DNA of 64,000 nucleotides from a bacterium (GTDB lineage Bacteria; RBG-13-61-14; DATKZS01): NCBI GenBank assembly GCA_963674965.2, contig CAXXFL010000005.1, positions 512,001 to 576,000 of the forward strand, read 5' to 3'. Shown piece by piece: positions 55,997 to 64,000 of this stretch (position 1 is its first letter; each line of letters starts with the position of its first letter). The notes under the pieces were generated by a model. It saw only the letters and a program-made list of their open reading frames with translations, ran no database searches and was not told where the DNA came from. The position numbers and the translations under genes were made by a program.

Positions 55997-58227
55997 GCCG
56001 TCTCCTCTCCACGACCTACAAAGTCCCAGCATTCGCGGGCCGTGTCAACCCCTCTTCCAGGCCGGCCATCGGCCTCGCCGGGAAATCCAGAATCGGTCCT
56101 CGATTTATCGGGGCAAAAATGCGAAACTAATCCGCGCCGGGCAAGATACGCCGACCGGCCTTGTTTGGGAGCGCCCGTTGCCATGGCGTTCGGGCCAGGC
56201 CGGGCGAAAAAACCAGGGCCGCTTTCGGCGTCCACCGGACTCGAGGAGGAGACGACATGGCCGATTGGCTTTTCAACGAGGAACACGACTTGCTGAGGGG
56301 GGCTTTGCGGCGCTTCGTGGAAAAGGAGATTCGGCCCCACGCCGAGGAATGGGAGGAGGCGGGCGAGTTCCCCCTCGAGCTTTACCGGAAGATGGGCGCC
56401 CTCGGCTACCTGGGGGTGAACCTGCCCGAGGAGTGGGGCGGAGCGGGCGGGGATTTCCTCCACTCCATCATCCTCTCCGAGGAGATGGCGGCCGGGGGGT
56501 CGGGAGGCACCACCGCCGGCGTTACCATGCACGCCGTCATCGCCATGCCCGCCCTCAACCGCTTCGGAACGCCCGAGCAAAAGGAAAAATTCCTCGCCCC
56601 CGGCATCAAAGGCGAGAAGGTCTTCGCCCTGGCCGTGACCGAGCCCGACGCGGGAAGCGACGTGGCGGGCATACGGACCAGGGCGGTCCGGGATGGCGGC
56701 GAGTACGTCATCAACGGCTCGAAGACCTTCATCACCAACGGGGTAAGGGCCGACGTCTACGTCGTGGCCTGCAAGACCGACCCGGAAAAGGGCGCTCGCG
56801 GCATCTCCCAGATACTGGTGGAAAAGGGCACGCCCGGCTTTCGCGTGACCCGGAAATTGGACAAGCTGGGATGGCGCTCCTCGGACACGGCCGAGCTTGC
56901 CCTCGAGGACGTGCGCGTTCCCGTCTCGAACCTCATGGGCCGGGAGGACCGGGGCTTTTACCAGATCATGCAGGGTTTCCAGGAGGAAAGGATGATCATG
57001 GCCGTTGCCAGCGCCGCGGCGGCCAGGCAGTGTTTCGAGAGGACCCTGAAATACGCCAAGGAGAGGCAAGCCTTCGGCCGGCCCATCGGTTCCTTCCAGG
57101 TCATCGCCCACCGCTTCGCCGAGATGCTCACCGAGATCGAGGCGGCCCAGAGTCTCAACTACGCGACGCTGTGGAAATACCTCAACGGCGTGGACGTCAA
57201 AAAGGAGGTGGCCATGTGCAAGGTCCTCGCCTGCGAGACCGCCGTCAGCGTGGCCGACCGCTGCATCCAGATTCACGGGGGCTACGGCTACATGATGGAG
57301 TACGAGGTCCAGAGGTCCTGGCGGGACCAGCGGATTCAGCCCATCGGCGGCGGGACCTCGGAGATACAAAAGGAAATCATCAGCAAGCTGCTCGGGCTTT
57401 AATCCGAGGCCCCGGCCTTGCCCTCCCGGACAAGGGACCACCGGCAGGCCGTCCCGCCTCCACGAAAGGGGAGGCCGCCGGGACGCGCCAGCCGCCAGGG
57501 GGCCGAGCCGGGGGACCCAAAACAAAGGAGCCGGGGACTCGGCGGCGTCCGCGTCTTCTTCTTTAAGGAAAGAGTCCAAAAACTCCTGGCCGGAGTGAAG
57601 CTCGAAAACGAGGGACATGTAAAAGCGCGCCGGGTCGCCGCCGCCGTTCTCGCTCGCCGCCCGGACCGCCTCCGCCAGGCGGCCGGCCCCGAAGCGGGAA
57701 GCCATCTCGGACGCCTCGGTCTCGCTCACTCCCATCTCGAGAAGCTCCCCGATCGTCTCGTCCGGGACCTCCTCCAGCGTGTCGCGCCTTTGGTACAATA
57801 AAGTCTCGAGCAACTCGATAAAATCATCTTCCGAATCGAGGGCGCCCTCTTCCGAATCGGCGCCGGGCGCGAGGCCGGGATCGTCCGTCCACCCGGCCAT
57901 ACCGGTCTCGCGATCGGTCTCGGGTACGGTCTCGAGAGGGCGGGCGCGGGCGACCATGATCCTGCCCGACCGGAGCTCGGAGAGATTGATAAGGCCATGA
58001 TCGCCAAGGACGCGGGCCACGCGCTTGAACTTCACCGTCGATAGGCCGCACCTTCTCGCCCACTCGCCCGCGGGCAGGGTCAGGATCGAGTCCACTCCCC
58101 CGGCGCTCCTCGCCAGTATCTCGAGGACCATGAAATAAAGGCCGTAGCCCTCGAGGCCCCGCTCCTCCATCACCGCCCTCATGGCCTCGCTCCGGCCCGC
58201 CTCCGCCTCATGCTTGAACCATCTCAT
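55987..58227 (-). CDS. Protein with an N-terminal DUF4373/Lin1244-like (phage replication-initiator-type HTH) domain; plausible coding part is ~57400-58227, true stop unclear
   Basis: AAGGAGG RBS; MRWFKH...GLEGYGLYFMVLEIL...W...CG...L..GLI. The frame stays open antisense through the acyl-CoA dehydrogenase gene. Confidence 0.55.
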   Translation of the reverse strand: MRWFKHEAEAGRSEAMRAVMEERGLEGYGLYFMVLEILARSAGGVDSILTLPAGEWARRCGLSTVKFKRVARVLGDHGLINLSELRSGRIMVARARPLETVPETDRETGMAGWTDDPGLAPGADSEEGALDSEDDFIELLETLLYQRRDTLEEVPDETIGELLEMGVSETEASEMASRFGAGRLAEAVRAASENGGGDPARFYMSLVFELHSGQEFLDSFLKEEDADAAESPAPLFWVPRLGPLAAGASRRPPLSWRRDGLPVVPCPGGQGRGLGLKPEQLADDFLLYLRGPAADGLNPLVPPGPLDLVLHHVAVAPVNLDAAVGHADGGLAGEDLAHGHLLFDVHAVEVFPQRRVVETLGRLDLGEHLGEAVGDDLEGTDGPAEGLPLLGVFQGPLETLPGRRGAGNGHDHPFLLETLHDLVKAPVLPAHEVRDGNAHVLEGKLGRVRGAPSQLVQFPGHAKAGRALFHQYLGDAASALFRVGLAGHDVDVGPYPVGDEGLRAVDDVLAAIPDRPGPYARHVASRVGLGHGQGEDLLAFDAGGEEFFLLLGRSEAVEGGHGDDGVHGNAGGGASRPPGRHLLGEDDGVEEIPARSAPLLGQVHPQVAEGAHLPVKLEGELARLLPFLGVGPNLLFHEAPQSPPQQVVFLVEKPIGHVVSSSSPVDAESGPGFFARPGPNAMATGAPKQGRSAYLARRGLVSHFCPDKSRTDSGFPGEADGRPGRGVDTARECWDFVGRGEETAWP
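56257..57402 (+). CDS. Acyl-CoA dehydrogenase
   Basis: GAGGAG RBS; AVTEPDAGSD, INGSKTFITNG, KLGWRSSDTAEL, RQAFG, QIHGGYGY, IGGGTSEIQ. Confidence 0.96.
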   Translation: MADWLFNEEHDLLRGALRRFVEKEIRPHAEEWEEAGEFPLELYRKMGALGYLGVNLPEEWGGAGGDFLHSIILSEEMAAGGSGGTTAGVTMHAVIAMPALNRFGTPEQKEKFLAPGIKGEKVFALAVTEPDAGSDVAGIRTRAVRDGGEYVINGSKTFITNGVRADVYVVACKTDPEKGARGISQILVEKGTPGFRVTRKLDKLGWRSSDTAELALEDVRVPVSNLMGREDRGFYQIMQGFQEERMIMAVASAAAARQCFERTLKYAKERQAFGRPIGSFQVIAHRFAEMLTEIEAAQSLNYATLWKYLNGVDVKKEVAMCKVLACETAVSVADRCIQIHGGYGYMMEYEVQRSWRDQRIQPIGGGTSEIQKEIISKLLGL

Positions 58228-58487
58228 CGTCTCCTCCTTGCAATGTCCCTCTATATATGGCGAAACGGGCGCGTTTTTGTGGACCGCTACTTGACGAAAA
58301 GCGAATAATCAAGGCCCCGGCCCGTATGCAAAACGGGATTCATCAAATATTCCAAGAGGTAAGAGCGGCGGCGAAAAAAATTGCCGCCCCCCGCCCGGCG
58401 AAATGAAATCGAGCGTGGGTTGACGGAAAAGGGGGCGTCCTCGGCGATAGCGTCTCGCATCTCATGGCAAAGAATCCGACCGGTTCC

Positions 58488-59512
58488 GGGTCGCCCACGC
58501 ATTTTGCATGGGCGGCGAAGCCGCGGGTTGAGCGCCTCCGCCCTCGAGGTTTTTCCCGGCCCCACCGCTTCAAATAAAGCAAGGCGCGTGACTTTATCGC
58601 CGAGGCGACAAGACTTTGCGCTCACCCACGCAAAATGCGTGGGCGACCCAGAGATGAGGAGGCTGGAAGTTGTGCAAGACCCAAGCCTGGTTCGCCCATG
58701 CATCGTGCATGGGCGGCGAAGCCGCGGGTTGAGCGCCTCCGCCCTCGAGGTTTTTTCCGGCCCCACCGCTTCAAATAAAGCAAGGCGCGTGACTTTATCG
58801 CCGAGGCGACAAGCCCGTTCGCCGCGCTCACCCACGCAAAATGCGTGGGCGACCCGGGGATGAGGAGGCTGGGAGTTGTGCAACGACCTTCAAGCCTGGG
58901 TCGCCCATGCATCGTGCATGGGCGGCGAAGCCGCGGGTTGAGCGCCTCCGCCCTCGAGGTTTTTTCCGGCCCCACCGCTTCAAATAAAGCAAGGCGCGTG
59001 ACTTTATCGCCGAGGCGACAAGCCCGTTCGCCGCGCATGTTCACCCACGCAAAATGCGTGGGCGACCCGGGAACTGCCGGAGATCATGAAAGCGTGCAAA
59101 GCCCTTTCAAGGTTTTTCCCGGCCCCCGCCGCCTCGCGATTTCTACAGGCGAAACTATCGCGGGTTGAGCGCCTTATCGAGAGTTTTTCCCGGCCCCCGC
59201 CGCTTCAAATAAAAGCGAGGCGCGTGATATCGCCTTCTGGCGATAAGCCCGTTCGCCGCGCTCACCCACGCATATTGCGTGGGTGAGCGGAGCGAACGGG
59301 CTTAGGGCCTCGAAATTGAGGGGACTTGGAGACGTTTTTTGGAGGCTTCCGAGCGGCGCTTGAGGGGGCCCTGACTGCGGGGGGAACTCAGCCCGCGGCT
59401 TCGCCGCCCATGCACGATGCATGGGCGACCCAGGCTTGAAGGTCGTTGCACAACTTCCAGCATCCTCATCTCCGGGTCGCCCTTTTTGCATGGGTGAGGG
59501 AGCGAACGGGCT
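58488..59512. repeat. Tandem BIME/REP-like array of ~205-bp units
   Basis: GGGCGGCGAAGCCGCGGGTTGAGC at 58510, 58711 and 58920 (periods 201 and 209), then degenerate and inverted units to ~59512; palindromic cores CCCA(C/T)GCA-nnn-TGC(A/G)TGGG. Confidence 0.9.
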
Positions 59513-59580
59513 TGCGCCGGTTATCGGATTGGGGGAGAATGTAGCGGACTTTCGTTACACTCTCGCGTCAGGAGAACGCC

Positions 59581-60648
59581 ATGTCCATCAAGATAACCAC
59601 CAGACGGTCCGAGAAGACGGGTCTTCCGCCGGGGAGTCTTGTCCACGTTGGGGACTTGAAGGAGGAGGAGGCCGTCATCACGGTGATGGAGTACGATGAG
59701 GCCGACTTTTCCGAGCGCCGTGTTTCCTCGATGGAGGAGGCCCTGGCGGCGGTGGGCCGGCGGCGCAACGTCTGGATCAACGTTGACGGCCTGCATCAGG
59801 TCGAGTTGCTGGCCGGTCTCGGGGAGGGCCTTTCCATCGGGGCCCTGGCGCTGGAGGACGTCCTGAACACTCACCAGCGTCCCAAGATCGAGGAGACCGG
59901 CGACAGCCTTTTCATCGTCTTCCGCATGTTTTACCTGGACGCGGAAAAGGAGGAGGTCGCCTCCGAGCAGGTCAGTCTCTTTCTGGGCGAGAACTACGTG
60001 GTTTCCTTCCAGGAGAGCGAGGGCGACGTGTTCGACAAGCTGAGGGCCCGGATCAAGTCGTCCGTCGGCCGCGTCCGCAAGATGGGTCCCGACTACCTGG
60101 CCTACGCCCTGATGGACGCGGTGGTGGACAATTATTTCCTCGTGCTCGAGGCGGTGGAGGACCGGCTCGAGGAACTGGACGAGGAGGTTTACGAAAGGCC
60201 CAGCCACGAGACCATCCAGGACATCCACCGGCTCAAGCGCGAGGTCCTTTTCCTGCGCAAGTCCATTTACCCTCTGCGCGAGGTGGCGGGCTCGATTTTA
60301 AGGAGCGAGTCGGGGCTGCTTACCGAGGCCACCGAGGCTTACTTCAGGGACCTTAACGACCACGTCATGCAGGTGGTGGACGCCGTCGATTCATATCGCG
60401 AGCTTATCTCGGGCCTCCTCGACGTCTACCTCTCCAGCGTCAGCAACCGAATGAACGACGTCATGAAGATACTCACCATCATCTCCACCATCTTCATCCC
60501 CCTGTCCTTTCTGGCCGGCGTGTACGGCATGAACTTCGACAACATGCCCGAGACCCACTTCGAGTGGGCCTACTACGTCTTTTGGGGAGTCATCATCGTT
60601 CTGGCCCTGGCCATGGTGTGGAACTTCAAGAAAAGAAAATGGATATAA
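59581..60648 (+). CDS. corA: Magnesium/cobalt transporter CorA
   Basis: GLPPGSL, WINVDGL, LEDVLNTHQRPK, MNDVMKILT, YGMNF, two C-terminal TMs. Confidence 0.96.
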   Translation: MSIKITTRRSEKTGLPPGSLVHVGDLKEEEAVITVMEYDEADFSERRVSSMEEALAAVGRRRNVWINVDGLHQVELLAGLGEGLSIGALALEDVLNTHQRPKIEETGDSLFIVFRMFYLDAEKEEVASEQVSLFLGENYVVSFQESEGDVFDKLRARIKSSVGRVRKMGPDYLAYALMDAVVDNYFLVLEAVEDRLEELDEEVYERPSHETIQDIHRLKREVLFLRKSIYPLREVAGSILRSESGLLTEATEAYFRDLNDHVMQVVDAVDSYRELISGLLDVYLSSVSNRMNDVMKILTIISTIFIPLSFLAGVYGMNFDNMPETHFEWAYYVFWGVIIVLALAMVWNFKKRKWI

Positions 60649-60690
60649 TACCGCTCGCTTATTAAACGCCGGCGGCGGAAATATCCCCCG

Positions 60691-62268
60691 TCAGGCCAGC
60701 TTGTCCTTGATTATCCCGGCGGCCCTTGGTTTTCCCACCAGCTTGACGAAGGTTCCGAAGCGTGGCCCCCGCTCCTGGCCGAGGAGGACCTCGTAAATGG
60801 TCTTGAACAGGGCCTTGGCCTCGAGGTCCCTTTCCTTGGCCGTCTCGAACACCAGGGCCTGGTACTCGTCCTCGGCCAGGCCGTCATGGGCCGCCTCGAG
60901 CTTTTCCAAGAGGGACTCGAGGGCGAGCCTTTCCTCCGGCTCGGGCGCCCGGTACTTCTTGGCGGGCTCGACGAAGTCCATGTAATACTTCACCGCCCTG
61001 TCCACCATTTTGTCCACCACTTCCCGGCTGCCCTCCGCGCCGGGATCGTATCGCCTCACGTAGTCCCATAAGAGTTCGCGTTCGCCCGCCCCGAGGGCGG
61101 AGATGAGGTTCAAAAGGGTCGAGAAGTTGACGGCGGCGGAAAAGGCCGGCCGCTCCCGCCCGATCTTCTCCATGTGCCAGGATACGGTCTTTGGTTTCTC
61201 GATCTCCTCCAGGTCCGGATACTTCGCGTACTCCGCGAGCAGGTCGTCCACCATCTTGGGAACCATGTCGAAGTACAGGCGGCGCTGCTTCCTCGGGTTC
61301 TGGAAGAGGAAATAGATAAGGCTCTCGATGGGGGCGTAGGTCATCCAGGAGTCCACGGTCAGCCCCTCCCCCACGCTCTTGGATATCTTCTTGCCCGTCT
61401 CGTCAAGGAAAAGCTCGTAAACCATGCCCGCCGGCGGGTCCCCTCCCATGACCCGGCAAATCTTGCCCGAGAGCCTGGCCGAGTCGATCAGGTCCTTGCC
61501 GTACATCTCGTAGCGGACCTTGTAAACGTACCAGCGAAGGGCCCAGTCCACCTTCCATCCCACCTTGACGGCCCCGTCCAAGACCGAGGTCTCGCCCGAG
61601 TGGCCGCAGCCCCGGACCTTGCCGCCCGCGAAGGAACCCGAGCAGCTATAGCTCACCCTGGCGTTTTCCCTGTCGGTCCCCGTCACCACCGTGGTGTAGA
61701 GTCGGCCGCAGTTCTCGCAAGTGGGAATGATCGGCGACCAGCCCTCCCGGTTTTCCTCCTGCAGGGTGGGAAGGATTATCGCCCGTATCTCGTCGTACTT
61801 CTCCATCACCCGCTTAAGCCCCGGGTTGAAGGCGCCCGAGCAATACTCGGAGGCCGAGCTGATGAGCTTGAACTCGAAGCCGAAGCGGCCGAGGAACTCC
61901 TCGAGCTCCCTTTCCATGTGGGCCGAGTAGGACTCGTCCACGCCGAAGGGGTCGGGAATTTTGTAAAGGGGCATGCCCAGGCGCTCGGCCAGCATCTCTT
62001 TTTCCGGCACGTTGCCGGGGACTTTGCGCAGTCCGTCCATGTCGTCGCAAAAGGCGTAAAGCGTCGCGTCGTCCGCCCGGCCGGGGTTTAGTTCCCGGAA
62101 GGCGTTCATGACCATGATGGTCCTCGCCACCTCGGCGAAGGTTCCCACGTGGGGACGGCCGGACGGGCCGAAGCCGGTCTCGAAGACTATCTTTTCGCCG
62201 GGCCCCAGGCCCTTAAGATTTATTTTGGCCGCTTCCTGGAAGGGCCACGAGTTTGGAATTTTCGTCAT
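60691..62268 (-). CDS. lysS: Lysine--tRNA ligase, class I
   Basis: ETGFGPSGRPHVG (HIGH-like), DDMDGLRKVP, WKVDWALRW, GKDL, KISKS (KMSKS-like), GPRFG. Confidence 0.95.
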   Translation of the reverse strand: MTKIPNSWPFQEAAKINLKGLGPGEKIVFETGFGPSGRPHVGTFAEVARTIMVMNAFRELNPGRADDATLYAFCDDMDGLRKVPGNVPEKEMLAERLGMPLYKIPDPFGVDESYSAHMERELEEFLGRFGFEFKLISSASEYCSGAFNPGLKRVMEKYDEIRAIILPTLQEENREGWSPIIPTCENCGRLYTTVVTGTDRENARVSYSCSGSFAGGKVRGCGHSGETSVLDGAVKVGWKVDWALRWYVYKVRYEMYGKDLIDSARLSGKICRVMGGDPPAGMVYELFLDETGKKISKSVGEGLTVDSWMTYAPIESLIYFLFQNPRKQRRLYFDMVPKMVDDLLAEYAKYPDLEEIEKPKTVSWHMEKIGRERPAFSAAVNFSTLLNLISALGAGERELLWDYVRRYDPGAEGSREVVDKMVDRAVKYYMDFVEPAKKYRAPEPEERLALESLLEKLEAAHDGLAEDEYQALVFETAKERDLEAKALFKTIYEVLLGQERGPRFGTFVKLVGKPRAAGIIKDKLA

Positions 62269-62293
62269 TTCTTTTTCCCGTGAATAGACATGG

Positions 62294-63437
62294 TCAGGCG
62301 GAGGCCGTGGACTCGGTCCCGCTCGCCGCCGCTCTTTTTTCCGCGCTGGATTTCAAAAGGAAGGCCTCGATGAACTGGTGGATGTCCCCGTCCAGCACCG
62401 CCTGCACGTTTCCGGTCTCGACGCCGGTCCGCACGTCCTTGACGAGCTGGTAGGGCTGCATGACGTAGCTCCTGATTTGAGAGCCCCACTCGATGTCCTT
62501 TTTGTCCGAGCTGAACTCCTCCATCCTCTCCTGCTGCTTGCGTTCCTCGAGCTCGTAAATCCTCGCCTTCAACACCTTCATGGCCTGGGCCTTGTTCTTG
62601 TGCTGGCTCCGCTCGTTCTGGCACTGGACCACGATGCCGGTGGGAAAGTGGGTGATCCTTACCGCCGAGCTGGTCTTGTTGACCTTCTGGCCCCCGTGGC
62701 CGCCGGCCCGGTAGGTGTCGATGCGCAGGTCGTCCGGGTCGATATCGATCTCGATGTCCTCCTCCACCTCGGGCAGCACGAAGACCGCCGCGAAGCTGGT
62801 ATGACGCCTTTTGTTGGCGTCGTAGGGCGAGATGCGCACGAGCCGATGCACTCCCTTCTCCGCCTTGAGGTACCCGTAGGCGTATGTCCCCCTCACGGAA
62901 AAGGTCACGCTCTTGATCCCGGCCTCGTCGCCCGGTTGCTCGTCGATCAGGCTGACCTCGAAGTCCATGCGCTCGCAATAGCGAAGGTACATGCGGGAGA
63001 GCATCTCGGCCCAGTCCTGGGCCTCCGTGCCCCCGGCCCCCGCGTTGATGGAAACGTAACAGTCGCCCTCGTCGTGCTCGCCGGACAAGAGCTGCTCGAG
63101 CTTGATCTTGGAAAGGCGCTCGGCCAGCTCGCCGATGGCCTGGCCCGCCTCGGCGGCCGAGGCCTCGTCCTCCTCCTCGTCCGCCAGGTCGAGAAGCACC
63201 TCGGCGTCCTCGACGTCCGACTCGATCTTGCGCCAGACCTCGAGCCTTTCCTCGATCCTCTTCTTGTCCCGGTTGACCTTGGCCGCCTCTTGCTGGTCGT
63301 TCCAGAAGTCGGGGGCCTCCATCTTTTTCGTCAATCCCTCGAGGGCGCGCTCCATGCCGGGCAGGTCAAACATACCCCCTGAGACGCTCGTGTTCCTCTT
63401 TTACCCCGTTAAGCCTGTCTCGATAATCGTTAAACAT
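62294..63437 (-). CDS. prfB: Peptide chain release factor 2 with programmed +1 frameshift at 63371-63365
   Basis: GGAGG RBS, ORF0 MFNDYRDRLNGVKEEHERLRGYV-TGA; internal SD AGGGGG-TAT-GTT-TGA-C; the +1 frame has GAGGTEAQDW, SPY (SPF-type) and GGQ motifs. Confidence 0.93.
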
Positions 63438-63652
63438 CCGGTCCTCCAAGCGGCCTGGGCGGCCGCGTTTTGCTTTTCCCATTCGACTTGGACCTCGCCT
63501 GGAAGCCCAAGGTTAATCAGATATTATAGCCCGAAACTCTCCGCCTCGATAGCCGCGGGAAAAAATTTCGAGAGAATTTAATTTAGGGGGTTACTCTCGC
63601 GGGCTAAAGGTGTAAAATGGTTAGCCGTTCGGGGAGGAAAGGGAAAGCCTCG

Positions 63653-64000
63653 ATGAAGCGAATATATTTCAGTCTGGTCCTGCTTCTTTTCGCCGCGGCC
63701 GGGGGAGCGGCCCGGGCGGGGGGAATGCACGACGCCGCGGGCAAGGGCGACGCGGCCCTTTTGTCCCATTTGCTCGACGAGTATCCCGAGCTCGTCGAGG
63801 CAAAGAACTCGGACGGCGACCGCCCCCTCCACGCGGCGGTAATGAACGGGCGGCAAAAGACGGCCGAGCTTCTTGTGGGCAGGGGCGCGGACGTAAACGC
63901 CGAGGGCCGGTATGGGCTATCGGCCGTGAAGCTGGCCATCGCCCTGGGCCGCTTCGATCTCGCCGACACCCTTCTGACGACGGAGGCCCGGATAGGGGCG
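63653..64000 (+). CDS. Secreted ankyrin repeat protein (partial, runs off the window)
   Basis: MKRIYFSLVLLLFAAAGGAARA signal peptide; MHDAAGKGD, GDRPLHAAVMNG...LLVGRGADVNA. Confidence 0.88.
   Translation, partial: MKRIYFSLVLLLFAAAGGAARAGGMHDAAGKGDAALLSHLLDEYPELVEAKNSDGDRPLHAAVMNGRQKTAELLVGRGADVNAEGRYGLSAVKLAIALGRFDLADTLLTTEARIGA

Noticed and set aside
58488-59512. CRISPR array
   Set aside because: Units are ~205 bp, the intervening sequences are themselves repeated rather than unique spacers, and there are no cas genes in the window.
58287-59699. Short ORFs overlapping the repeat array
   Set aside because: They are translations of repeat DNA on both strands with no RBS or protein-like character.
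63371-63373. ATG 63373 as the true prfB start, as in the ORF track
   Set aside because: The SD is only 1 nt away, and an upstream ORF0 with a proper RBS and frameshift cassette supplies the N-terminus.

Overview
High-GC bacterial chromosomal window, probably from an uncultured deltaproteobacterial-type lineage (inferred from PilB/MshEN proteins, a DUF507-like gene, long-form HflX and an ADP-forming acyl-CoA ligase). It starts with a 4048-aa secreted protein built from DxDxDG Ca-binding repeats with an embedded clan CD (caspase/legumain-like) peptidase domain. Next come a sulfotransferase plus MBOAT/SGNH-like module, housekeeping and metabolic genes (hflX, hisF, pilB, thrB, corA, class I lysS, frameshifted prfB) and three tRNAs (Gly-CCC, Asp-GTC, Val-TAC) around a Fic gene. 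Mobile and repeat content: a nest at 22.6-24.9 kb (MITE, intact ISNCY-type IS with a TAATTA target duplication, IS630 remnant) and a REP-like palindrome family. That family forms a ~205-bp tandem array at 58.5-59.5 kb and also separates the genes of an AT-rich three-gene island at 44.1-48.5 kb that encodes a 967-aa P-loop NTPase. Most notable: the REP-bounded cassette-like island, a non-canonical GTT-TGA-C prfB frameshift site, class I LysRS in the prfB-lysS position, the mosaic giant peptidase-adhesin, a cluster of pilin-like minigenes and a hairpin-rich element upstream of tRNA-Gly. All family calls come from recognising motifs by eye; no database searches were run.
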